From contig CAJUPN010000004.1 in NCBI GenBank assembly GCA_910588195.1, positions 88,290-152,289 of the forward strand: a stretch of 64,000 bases of DNA, given 5' to 3'. The position numbers and the translations under genes were made by a program. This document shows, piece by piece, positions 1-9,584 of the stretch (position 1 is its first letter; every line of letters begins with the position of its first letter). The notes under the pieces are model-generated. The model had not been told where the DNA came from. It ran no database searches and saw nothing but the letters and a program-made list of their open reading frames with translations. Source of the DNA: an uncultured Bacilli bacterium. Its GTDB lineage: Bacteria > Bacillota_I > Bacilli_A > RF39 > UBA660.

Positions 1-956
1 ATCTACCAAAGGATATTTCTTTTTTAATTCGTTTTTGTAATAAAAAGCCCCTTCTTCCGAATAAGTTTCATAATCAATATCGATATAATTTCTAAAATAA
101 TTTACTACATCTCTTTCTTCTTGATAAGAACGTGGCGCTACTACACAACTTGCGGATTCATTTGTCATCATTTCTGAAAGAGGAGTTTCTATAGAATCTA
201 CCAATCTAGATAATGTTGTATCTTCCATCTCACGATAAAATGAAAAGAACAAGTGTGAAACTTCATGATAAAAAGTACTATCAGAATAATTTTTAGTAAC
301 TTGGAACTTATTTAAACCCGATAAATATCGTCCTTTTACCCCTGGGGTGCCATTTATGGAAAAATAATCATTCGCAACTTCCTCAATAATTAAACTTTTT
401 ACATTCTCATAAAAAATCCGCAAATTAACATTTGGAAAAGTGTTTGAATACACTTTTAAAAACCAATGCAATTTAACTTTAAAACGGAAAGGGATATAAA
501 TATTATCATCTATTGCTTCATGAACTTGCAGATCAGTTACTCTTTCTTCATCAAAAAGCTTTTCAACATCAGACATATTATATAAATATATCTCTCCACC
601 ATTTAAACGTTTATTATTTTTATCTAAACCTAAATCTTCCTTTACATTTTTAACATCTAAAAAAATCTCACTGTAATTTTTTTCTGGATAGTTCCTAAGC
701 GACAATAACATCAATCCACCTAAAATAGTCTTTTTAACCCTTCTTTTAAAACGATATTTTTTAGTAACATAAAGTATTTTACTTTCATCTCCATTATAAA
801 TCTCATCCAAGCACAGAAAATCTTCAAGTAAAGGATAATGATATAACCCTTTATCATCTAATTCTAAAAATACACATTTATAGTCATTTGCTATAAAAAT
901 CGTAAAAATCTTATTATGGAAATTTATATTTAAAGACTTGCGATAGAGGTCTATCA
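1..956 (-). CDS. Hypothetical protein with HExxH motif (putative zinc metalloprotease), 5'-partial at window edge
   Basis: Open minus-strand frame running off the window start. Start codon near 954-956 with an AAAGGA RBS. Translation contains ...STFYHEVSHLFFSFYREM..., an HExxH zinc-binding motif. Confidence 0.45.
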
Positions 957-994
957 TAAATATTTTCCTTTCTTTTTCCTATATAAAAAGAGTT

Positions 995-2770
995 TTAATT
1001 CATAACTCTTTTAAACATTCTTTCTAATTCATATTTAGTAAATGTAATTATCGTTGGTCTCCCATGGGGACAATTATAAGGATTATCACATAAAACTAAA
1101 TCGTTAAGCAATGCATCAGCTTGTTCAAGGGTAATTGCTTCATTTCCTTTAACACTCATCTTACAGGCCATAGTTGCTGCAATATGATCTTGAAATTTAA
1201 CACGATCAAATAAATGTTTTCCCTCAATAATAATATCAAATATTCTTCTTGTACTTTCCGTTTCTAAGCCAACTCTTAACCAAACAGGATGTTCTTTAAC
1301 TATAAAGGTATTTAAACCAAATTCTTCAAGTTTAAAACCTAGATTCTCTAAGACACTAATATTTTCTTTGATTTTTAAATACTCAGAAGAAGATAACTCA
1401 ATTGTGATAGGAATCAAAAGTGAAGTTGTATAGACCTTATCAGATGCAAGAGCATGTAAAACTTTTTCATAGTTTATTCTTTCCTGTGCCGCATGCTGAT
1501 CAATTAAATACATTCCATCATCATTTTGAGCAATTATATATGTTCCAAAAACAATACCTGCTGGATAAAACTCTAATTTTTTCACTATTTCATTTTCTTC
1601 TACAGAAACATCACTAGCTTCTTCTACCTCTGATTTCACAACATTAAAATTCCCATTAAAATCTAAAGTATCTTGAACAATTTCTTGATATGGTAGTTCT
1701 TCTTCATGAACTTCAGGCATCGATATTTCATTATAATATGTGTCAGGAACCTTTACTTCAACTTTAGGAATTAACAAAGTTTTCTTTAAAGAAGACATAA
1801 TATTTTCGGTAAGTGATGTTTTTAAAACATCAATTTTCGAAAACTTAATATCCTGTTTTGTAGGATGAATATTAACATCAATTAAAGTTGGATCTGTTTC
1901 AATTTTTAATACTGCCACAGGATACTTAATATCTGGTTTAAAAGTAAAATACCCATCATTAATTGCTTTATTAATTTCATTATTTTTAACACATCTACCA
2001 TTAACAATAGTTGTCATATGATTTCTATTACTCTTTAAAACTACTGGTTTACATATATAACCAAATACATCATAATCATCTGTAATAATATTAATCTCAA
2101 TCATATTAGAGCTAACTGAATAGCCATATATTTCATGAATAGTTTTTAGTAAATCTCCTGACCCACTTGTAAAAACAATTTTTTTATCATTGTTTGTAAG
2201 CAAAAATGAAATATCAGGATGTGAAAGAGCAAGTTTTTCAATAAATGAAGTAACATTGGCAAGTTCTGTAGAATCACTTTTTAAATACTTAAGTCTAGCA
2301 GGTGTATTATAAAATAAATCACTAACTTCCATAATAGTCCCTTGACGAGATGGAGCTGTTTCATCAAGAATCAATTCTCCACCATGGATTATTATATGTG
2401 TCCCTGGTCCACCTTGGCTTGTCTTTAGATCAACTTTAGAAACAGAAGCAATTGAGGGAATAGCTTCTCCTCTAAACCCTAAAGTATTAATAAAAAACAA
2501 ATCATCTTCTCTTGTTAATTTAGACGTAGCATGTCGCAAAAAACACATTGTAGCATCATCATGATCCATTCCAAGCCCGTCATCAGTCACTTTAATCACT
2601 TTAGTACCTGAGTCTACTAAATCGACATTTATACATTTACTTTTAGCATCAATCGAATTCTCAACTAATTCTTTAACAACTGATGAAATTCTTTCAACAA
2701 CTTCACCAGCTGCAATCTTATTAGCTAAGTTATCACTCATAACTTTAATATTACTCATTATATCCCCCAA
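995..2770 (-). CDS. mutL: DNA mismatch repair protein MutL
   Basis: 591 aa. N-terminal GHKL ATPase motifs (KIAAGEVVERISSVVKELVENSIDA, VTDDGLGM) and a C-terminal dimerisation region. Typical MutL length. Confidence 0.93.
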   Translation of the reverse strand: MGDIMSNIKVMSDNLANKIAAGEVVERISSVVKELVENSIDAKSKCINVDLVDSGTKVIKVTDDGLGMDHDDATMCFLRHATSKLTREDDLFFINTLGFRGEAIPSIASVSKVDLKTSQGGPGTHIIIHGGELILDETAPSRQGTIMEVSDLFYNTPARLKYLKSDSTELANVTSFIEKLALSHPDISFLLTNNDKKIVFTSGSGDLLKTIHEIYGYSVSSNMIEINIITDDYDVFGYICKPVVLKSNRNHMTTIVNGRCVKNNEINKAINDGYFTFKPDIKYPVAVLKIETDPTLIDVNIHPTKQDIKFSKIDVLKTSLTENIMSSLKKTLLIPKVEVKVPDTYYNEISMPEVHEEELPYQEIVQDTLDFNGNFNVVKSEVEEASDVSVEENEIVKKLEFYPAGIVFGTYIIAQNDDGMYLIDQHAAQERINYEKVLHALASDKVYTTSLLIPITIELSSSEYLKIKENISVLENLGFKLEEFGLNTFIVKEHPVWLRVGLETESTRRIFDIIIEGKHLFDRVKFQDHIAATMACKMSVKGNEAITLEQADALLNDLVLCDNPYNCPHGRPTIITFTKYELERMFKRVMN

Positions 2771-3737
2771 ATAAACTTGGTCTTACCTCAATAAAAGACG
2801 GATCTATATTGGTTGTAATATTTACCCTTTTCTTCACCGATATAAAACCAATACCATATATAACAACATCAACACAATCGCTTTCTAAAGATATTGTATT
2901 AACTAACCCTGGAGCAGCTTTAAAATATTTTTTTATCGCCTTTTTACTTTCGTGATTTGTATAAAAAGTAATAGGCGTTTCTGAATCAAACTTAAAAAAA
3001 TATTTATTATCTAAAATGCCTACAGTTTCACATTCTTTCATATTTATGGTATATGCAGTTATATTTTTCCCACTTACATCGTGATTTAAAGAATTTTTCA
3101 AAATAACCCCTGGTGAATCTATCAAGGTTAATTGTTCATTAATTTTAACTCTTATAAAATCAAGAGTTGTATTAGCTTTATTATTTACTGTAGTATGCGC
3201 AACTTTTGAACCACAAGTTGTAATCAAATCATTTATTAAAGTACTTTTCCCAGAATTTGATATTCCTAAAATATAAGCTTCTTTAATTGAATTATCTTTT
3301 AAATAATTTAGTATCCCCCTAGCCCCATGGTGTGAACTAAGAGACCCACCTTTTAGCTTTACAGTATCACTAATATCATAATGTTTTTTCAAAAATAAAC
3401 GAACACTTTCATTTTTTATATGTTTAGGAATTAATTCACACTTATTTACAACTAACATTTTCTCTTTTTTTATAGATTTAAATATTCTAATTACTTCATC
3501 ATTTATATTTAAAAAATCAACTAAAAATATAACAAAACGATTATCTTTATTAATTTTATTAATAATTTCTTTTGCTTCCTTAGGTGTATTAGTTTGTTTA
3601 ACTTCACCATAATGCATCATCCTAAAGCATCGCATACAATAATCTGAATTATTTATTTTATTTTCTGGTATATACCCTGGGTTATCTTTACAATTACTTT
3701 GTAATTTTATTCCGCATCCATAACAAATCTTATTCAT
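2751..3737 (-). CDS. yqeH: Ribosome biogenesis GTPase YqeH (circularly permuted GTPase with N-terminal zinc finger)
   Basis: N-terminal CxGCG...C..C zinc ribbon. G-motifs include GISNSGKSTLIN. Adjacent to yqeG as in the Bacillus yqeG-yqeH locus. Confidence 0.8.
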   Translation of the reverse strand: MNKICYGCGIKLQSNCKDNPGYIPENKINNSDYCMRCFRMMHYGEVKQTNTPKEAKEIINKINKDNRFVIFLVDFLNINDEVIRIFKSIKKEKMLVVNKCELIPKHIKNESVRLFLKKHYDISDTVKLKGGSLSSHHGARGILNYLKDNSIKEAYILGISNSGKSTLINDLITTCGSKVAHTTVNNKANTTLDFIRVKINEQLTLIDSPGVILKNSLNHDVSGKNITAYTINMKECETVGILDNKYFFKFDSETPITFYTNHESKKAIKKYFKAAPGLVNTISLESDCVDVVIYGIGFISVKKRVNITTNIDPSFIEVRPSLFGGYNE

Positions 3738-4254
3738 AATATCTTCCCCTTTTAAAATAATCTTTTTGTGTTAGTTTATTAATTACTATATTTTCTATTT
3801 TTCTATTTATTTTAGCTACCGCAAATTCATCAGTACTAATAGGATTAACAAGAATTGAAGTGAATTTCATTCTATTCGCTCCAAAAATATCAAAAAATAA
3901 TTGATCCCCAATAGCTGCCACTTCATGAGCAGAGAACTGAAATATACTAAGTACTTTCTTATACTTGCGTTTTAAAGGTTTAAAAGTTAAATAACTTGAA
4001 TCAACACATAAAAGTTCTTTAAAAGGAATTACATACTTTTTAAAACCATTACTCATAAGAATTATTTTAAAATCCATCTCTTTTAAATCTTCAAATAAAT
4101 CTTTAACTTTTCTTGATGGTGACACTGTAGTTTCCGACTCCAGTGTATTAGATATATCAAAAATCAAACACTTAATACCACTTTCCTTTAAAGACTTATA
4201 ATTTATATCATATATACTCTTAAAATATTTATCTGGAACTAAGTTTTCTAACAT
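3730..4254 (-). CDS. yqeG: HAD-superfamily phosphatase, YqeG family
   Basis: 174 aa. HAD motif I (LIFDISNTL) and a conserved GD motif. Immediately upstream of yqeH, giving the conserved gene pair. Confidence 0.75.
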   Translation of the reverse strand: MLENLVPDKYFKSIYDINYKSLKESGIKCLIFDISNTLESETTVSPSRKVKDLFEDLKEMDFKIILMSNGFKKYVIPFKELLCVDSSYLTFKPLKRKYKKVLSIFQFSAHEVAAIGDQLFFDIFGANRMKFTSILVNPISTDEFAVAKINRKIENIVINKLTQKDYFKRGRYYE

Positions 4255-4332
4255 CTAAATCACCATCCATTGTTATCTAATTATATCAAAAAACCAAAAA
4301 AAATAATAGTTTTATTCAACTATTATTGGCAA

Positions 4333-4704
4333 TTATTCTGTTACTTCTGGTGCTGTCAAATCACAAGTTCCATTAACACCCCAAACATCGGCAATTTGCA
4401 TCACTTGATCAACCAATATTGGCAAGAAAAATAAAAGTACCGTATAAATCATTCTCTTACCAAATTTCTGAGCCACCTTTTTCATCTCAGCTTCCGCATC
4501 TCCCTTAGAAACTGTTCTAACAACATCTAAAGTCGAAAACGCTACACATAAAACAGGAGCAGCTATTTGAAATATTTTAAGAACTCCATATAAATCCTTA
4601 GTAACATCAGCTCCTAAAGGACAACTTGCTGAAACATCCGAAATAAATAAAACAGAAAAAACAGCAATTGTCGCGATATAATATATAAAGTTATTTTTTT
4701 TCAT
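4333..4704 (-). CDS. Small secreted or membrane protein with two hydrophobic segments and Cys residues (paralog of 54653..55258)
   Basis: Signal-peptide-like N-terminus ending ...SAS, two hydrophobic helices separated by a charged loop (STLDVVRTVSKGD...KFGKRMIYTVLLFFLPIL). Clear similarity to the 201-aa protein at 54653..55258. Confidence 0.5.
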   Translation of the reverse strand: MKKNNFIYYIATIAVFSVLFISDVSASCPLGADVTKDLYGVLKIFQIAAPVLCVAFSTLDVVRTVSKGDAEAEMKKVAQKFGKRMIYTVLLFFLPILVDQVMQIADVWGVNGTCDLTAPEVTE

Positions 4705-4904
4705 AAAATTTCACCTACCAAAATTATATAGTATAAATTTCGTTTGTTCAAGCACGTTTACATTTGTTTTTTATAGATATGTAAAATTTTTGATCTTTTT
4801 TTCACAAAAATATCTTTACAGACATTTTTTTCTTATGCTACAATGTGTATATACTTAATATCGAACGCGTACTATTAAGTAAGTAGAAAGAAGGATATTA
4901 CCCC

Positions 4905-6221
4905 ATGGGAAAAAAATATAAAATTGTAGTTTTTGCTTTAATATTATTTATTGGATTATTTATGCTAACACCTTTTGCTAAAGCTCTAGAAAATCAAGCA
5001 AAATCAATAAGAGATATTAGATTTTATACAGGAGCAAACAGTGAATCACCTTTCACAAAAATTGTTCTTACTTTAAATGATGATATAGTTGTAGATAAAT
5101 CTTATATTTTAATAAGTGATGAATCTACATCATTTATGATTTATACTTCAGATTTTAAAATTGTTGAAAATACAAATCCTGAAACAATTGAAGAATATAA
5201 TGCAGGAAAAAGTATAACTAACGAACAAATTTTAACTAAAGGTACTACCCTTTATTACTATAACAACAATGAAAATTTACTTAAGTCAGAAAAAGTAAAA
5301 ATAATTGTCGATTGGCGAAACAATAACAAGCAATACTTCTATGAAGAAATTGCCTATACTGTTAAAAGTGATGGATCTCAAGGAATAGAAAATATTAATC
5401 TAGAAGAAACTACAGAAAAAAGATTATTAAGAGATGAATTTTATGAAGCTGCTTTAAAAAAATATCCTTTTATAGTTTCCATCCAAAGCGATGAAACAGA
5501 AGTTACTTATGGCTACGAAATTAATAGTGCCCCTAATACAAAATATGCAATAATTGGAACATTCAGTTTTAAAGAAAAAACATTAGAACAATTATTAAAT
5601 GAACTAGATACATTAATAAATCAAGGAAAAGCTACTATAAATAATGATGATACTATTTTAAAAAATAATGAATTAGTTCAAATAAAAAACAACAAAGTAT
5701 TGACAACCTATGAAAAAATAGAAAATAATAACCTTCTTTATTCTTGGTCATTTGATGGAAATAAAATGACTGCCGATGATATAAAGCTTAATATTGATTT
5801 AAATTTAATACTTGGATTAACACCAAATAAAGACAAAATCGATGCCTTAATCCCAAGTAGTATTGCATCATTAAAACTAGATTTTCAACACAAAGGCAAT
5901 TTACCTCTTGGTACATCTTTAAAAGTTAATATTGGTTCCTCATTTAAAAATGATGATATATTAGATTTATACTATTATAATCCTGAAGCAAATAAACTTG
6001 AAAAAGTTGCTGAAAACATAATGGTTATTGATGGATTTGCTTCATTCCCAATTTCTCACTGTAGTGAATATGTATTAGTTTTAAATAAAGAAGCAAACAA
6101 AAATGCCGATAACAATGTACAAACATCATCTATGAATGTCATTTTATATACAATCATAACAATAGTTTGTGCTGGTGCCCTAGGTTATATTATAAAAAAC
6201 AAAAATAAGGAAATAGCCTAA
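4905..6221 (+). CDS. Cell-surface protein, probable sortase B substrate (C-terminal NVQTS-like signal, hydrophobic helix, basic tail)
   Basis: N-terminal signal peptide. C-terminus is ...NNVQTSSMNVILYTIITIVCAGALGYIIKNKNKEIA, which has the layout of a cell-wall sorting signal. Directly followed by a sortase gene. Confidence 0.6.
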   Translation: MGKKYKIVVFALILFIGLFMLTPFAKALENQAKSIRDIRFYTGANSESPFTKIVLTLNDDIVVDKSYILISDESTSFMIYTSDFKIVENTNPETIEEYNAGKSITNEQILTKGTTLYYYNNNENLLKSEKVKIIVDWRNNNKQYFYEEIAYTVKSDGSQGIENINLEETTEKRLLRDEFYEAALKKYPFIVSIQSDETEVTYGYEINSAPNTKYAIIGTFSFKEKTLEQLLNELDTLINQGKATINNDDTILKNNELVQIKNNKVLTTYEKIENNNLLYSWSFDGNKMTADDIKLNIDLNLILGLTPNKDKIDALIPSSIASLKLDFQHKGNLPLGTSLKVNIGSSFKNDDILDLYYYNPEANKLEKVAENIMVIDGFASFPISHCSEYVLVLNKEANKNADNNVQTSSMNVILYTIITIVCAGALGYIIKNKNKEIA

Positions 6222-6247
6222 AGCTATTTTCTTTAATTTAAGGAATT

Positions 6248-7006
6248 ATGTTAAAAAAAATTAAGAAAAAATTAACAATAAGAAATTTGCTTATCTTTTT
6301 ACTTTTAATAATATTTCTTTTTGCCATAACAAAAATATCACTTTTCTTCTATGACCTTCATATGAATGGAATAAAAACAAGAGCTTTAATTGATGATGTC
6401 TATGCTTCTTTCATCAATAAAGAGACAAATGAAGAAATAATAAAGATTGATTTTCCTAAACTATTATCAATAAATCGTGATACTGTTGGTTGGATAAAAG
6501 CAAATAATGGAAAAGTAAATTATCCAATTGTTCAAACAACAACTAATACATATTATTTAAACAAATCTTTTGATAAGACGTATAATCAAGCGGGTTCTAT
6601 TTTTATGGACTACCGTAATAGATCATCATTTCAAGATCGAAATGTTGTCTTATTTGGACACTCTATGCTTGATAAAACAATGTTTGGTTCTCTAAATGAT
6701 GTTTGGAAAAAAGACTTTTTCAATACTAAAGAAAATGGAATAATAAAAATAATTGATGCTAATAACAATCCTAGCACTTATGAAATATTTAGTTATTATA
6801 CTATTGATAAAGAAGAATATTATATAAAAACTAGTTTTTTATCAGATTCTGAATTTATCGAATTTTTAAACATTATAAAAAAAAGAAGTTTAAAAGACTT
6901 CAATATAAACTTAACTGAAAAAGATAAAATATTAACTTTATCCACTTGTGCTGGTACAGGTGGTACAAATAAACGAAAAGTAATTCATGCTAGAAAAATA
7001 AACTAA
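6248..7006 (+). CDS. srtB: Class B sortase
   Basis: 252 aa with an N-terminal membrane anchor. Catalytic TLSTC motif (LTLSTCAGTGG). Conserved His region (FGHSM). Confidence 0.8.
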   Translation: MLKKIKKKLTIRNLLIFLLLIIFLFAITKISLFFYDLHMNGIKTRALIDDVYASFINKETNEEIIKIDFPKLLSINRDTVGWIKANNGKVNYPIVQTTTNTYYLNKSFDKTYNQAGSIFMDYRNRSSFQDRNVVLFGHSMLDKTMFGSLNDVWKKDFFNTKENGIIKIIDANNNPSTYEIFSYYTIDKEEYYIKTSFLSDSEFIEFLNIIKKRSLKDFNINLTEKDKILTLSTCAGTGGTNKRKVIHARKIN

Positions 7007-7074
7007 AGACTTGCTAAAGTCTTTTTTTGTGGTATATTGTTTTATTTTGTCTATATAATTTATTAGGTGATTTA

Positions 7075-7399
7075 ATGTTATTTTTTATACATATTGTTAA
7101 TCTGCTTTCAATATTTATGGGATCTTATTCAATTAATGTCTTCCCAAATCCCTTATCAAAAGAAGAAGAAGCAGATCTTCTAAAAAAAATGCAAGATGGT
7201 GATAAACTAGCTCGTTCGAAACTTATTGAACACAATTTAAGACTTGTTGCTCACATTGTAAAAAAATTTGATTGTATTGAAAAAATGAATGATGATTTAA
7301 TAAGTATTGGTACAATCGGCTTAATCAAAGGAATAGATTCATTCAAAATAAATAAAAATAATAAACTTACAACCTATGTTGCCAGATGTATTGAAAATG
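7075..7399 (+). CDS. sigK: sigK 5' segment (spoIVCB-like): pro-sigma-K N-terminal half, interrupted by an intervening element
   Basis: AGGTGA RBS then ATG at 7075. Encodes a pro-sequence plus sigma region 2 (LIEHNLRLVAHIVKKF...LISIGTIGLIKGIDSF...TYVARCIEN), near-identical to B. subtilis SigK. The frame then reads through into unrelated sequence. Confidence 0.85.
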
Positions 7400-7614
7400 C
7401 AACATTCACCTGTTGGAAAGAATGCTTTTCATTTCTTTTATTAAAATATCTAAATCATTAGTATCTAATTCATAATTTTCAAGATATTTAGTTATTAATT
7501 CTAAATGTAAAAGAAGCAAATTATTTTGAAAATCAATATCATTTTTTGGCATTGATGTAATAACTTTCACACTATCACCTATAAAAATATATATTAAAAA
7601 AAAGAATTTTATAA

Positions 7615-9417
7615 CTATAAAACTCTTTTTTTCACTTTTGACTCTTCTTTATTATCTTCTTTTAAATCTTCGTCAGTTCTATCAACTTCTTGTGCTAGAT
7701 TATGGAATTTATTACCATTTTCAGCAATTTGTACCTTAAGCTCACCAGTTATACTATAATCGCTAGTCCAAGGAGCTTTAAATTCAACATAATCATTATT
7801 TCTAATTCCTCTATTTAAAACATCGTTAATAGCATTATAAATTGGTTCTTTCATTTCAAAATCATCACCATATTTAGAAATAACTCTTAAAACATCTTCC
7901 CAAACAACAAATTGACCTTCAGCAGATAAAACATCTATAACATTATCAGGGTATCTTGGATCTTCAAGTCTATTCGCTACAAGAGATGTAATACTTACAG
8001 CATCTTGATAAGAACCATTATACTCATGTTCAACAACATAATAAAGGGCTTTTAGTTCAAAATTAGTTAAAGTATATGTCGTATTATTAAAAGTTAAATG
8101 AAGTCCTCTAACAAGTTCTTCATTATCTTTACCCATAGAAATTTCTTCTGCCTTCATCTCTGTGTTCTCTTCTAATACCAAAGACCTATTTCCTTCTAAA
8201 ATACTTTGCGAATCAGCCATTAAGGCAACTGTTTTATTTTCAAAAGTCTGAACATTTACTGTAGCTAATGTTTCAGCTTCTAAATTATCATCACTTTTTA
8301 ATGTATCAACTTTTACTATTTCATAAGCATTTTCTGGAAAATTTTCACCAAAAGATTCATCTTCATATTCACTTGTTATAGAGTCTCCTATAATTGGTAA
8401 CTCATCACTAGATGACTTTCTTAATAAAAGTTTTCCTCCTTGTGCTACATTTAAAGATAATATATCAATATCACCTTGAGCTTTAAAAATTTTTAATTTC
8501 TCAACATCTGGTATACTTGTAATTGGCATACAAGCAATTGGAGAAACAAAATTACTTATTAAATTCTCCTGTGAAGAAACTGAAACAGCTACTACTCCTA
8601 AAGATAAAGACGCAATTGCTAAACTCTTCTTAAGAGCTAAGAAATCTTTATTTTCTACATTCTTTCCAAATTTAGAATATACCAAATTCTTAAATCTAGA
8701 AAACACACCTTTAGCTTTCAAATTAAATTTAGATAATCGATTTTCTTTTAACATATTTTTAGAAGCTTGACGATATCCTCTATAACACTTTATTAAAGTA
8801 TCAACATCCTTTTCATTAACGACATGATTTTTACTTAAAAATACTTCTTTTGGATTACAAAGTTCTTCACACATAATTAAAGAAGCTAATGTTGAATAAT
8901 ATGATATTAATTCTTCATTTGATAGATTTTTTAAATCTTCCTCGTTAATTTTATAACTAACTTCAACTTTCTCATTTAATACAGCTTTAATATATTCAAT
9001 TAACTTTTCTATTTCTCTACAAGAATTATAAAGCGATAAATACTTTTTATAATATTTTTCTGAGACACTTACACGATAATTTCCTTTAACAAAACTACGC
9101 TTTTTACCACTTTTTCTTTCCAAAAAAGACATATTTTCTTGATATAGTCGTTTTGTCTCATTTAAATAATCTACAATGTTTAATAAATCTTCATTTGAAT
9201 GAGCAATTTCTTCATCTATTGCAGTTGGATTATTAAGTTTTTCTTTCAGTTTTGCTATTGATTCATTAGTTGAATAAGATAACATTGAAAATAAATCACT
9301 TAAATTTTCATCTTGAGCTATCGCTATTTTTTCTTGTTGCTTAAGTATCAATTGTTCACTTCTTTTAGCAAGTATTTGTTGAATTTTTGTCTTTGTATTA
9401 TCTAACTCTTTAGTCAT
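7615..9417 (-). CDS. Membrane-anchored coiled-coil protein with a C-terminal SleB/CwlJ-type (Hydrolase_2) cell-wall hydrolase domain
   Basis: 600 aa. Central TM helix (LAIASLSLGVVAVSV). C-terminal ...YYVVEHEYNGSYQDAVSITSLVANRLEDPRYPDNVIDVLSAEGQFVVWED matches the cortex-lytic enzyme catalytic domain pattern. Confidence 0.6.
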   Translation of the reverse strand: MTKELDNTKTKIQQILAKRSEQLILKQQEKIAIAQDENLSDLFSMLSYSTNESIAKLKEKLNNPTAIDEEIAHSNEDLLNIVDYLNETKRLYQENMSFLERKSGKKRSFVKGNYRVSVSEKYYKKYLSLYNSCREIEKLIEYIKAVLNEKVEVSYKINEEDLKNLSNEELISYYSTLASLIMCEELCNPKEVFLSKNHVVNEKDVDTLIKCYRGYRQASKNMLKENRLSKFNLKAKGVFSRFKNLVYSKFGKNVENKDFLALKKSLAIASLSLGVVAVSVSSQENLISNFVSPIACMPITSIPDVEKLKIFKAQGDIDILSLNVAQGGKLLLRKSSSDELPIIGDSITSEYEDESFGENFPENAYEIVKVDTLKSDDNLEAETLATVNVQTFENKTVALMADSQSILEGNRSLVLEENTEMKAEEISMGKDNEELVRGLHLTFNNTTYTLTNFELKALYYVVEHEYNGSYQDAVSITSLVANRLEDPRYPDNVIDVLSAEGQFVVWEDVLRVISKYGDDFEMKEPIYNAINDVLNRGIRNNDYVEFKAPWTSDYSITGELKVQIAENGNKFHNLAQEVDRTDEDLKEDNKEESKVKKRVL

Positions 9418-9584
9418 TATTAAACACTCCCCTTCAATTTTTATTTCTGAGTATAAAATTACTCAGAACACACCTAATCAAAATACCATAAATTATAGTT
9501 TGTGTCAACCATTTTTGCGTCATTTTTCGGCACTTTTCCGCATATTTTCATTAGTTCCCTAGTATATAATAAAGAGGTGAAAAA

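Noticed and set aside
7027-7461. ORF-track version of the sigK 5' ORF (MWYIVLF... start and ...TFTCWKECFSFLLLKYLNH tail)
   Set aside because: The upstream extension lacks an RBS; the ATG at 7075 has one. The 3' tail is read-through into the intervening element, not sigma-factor sequence.
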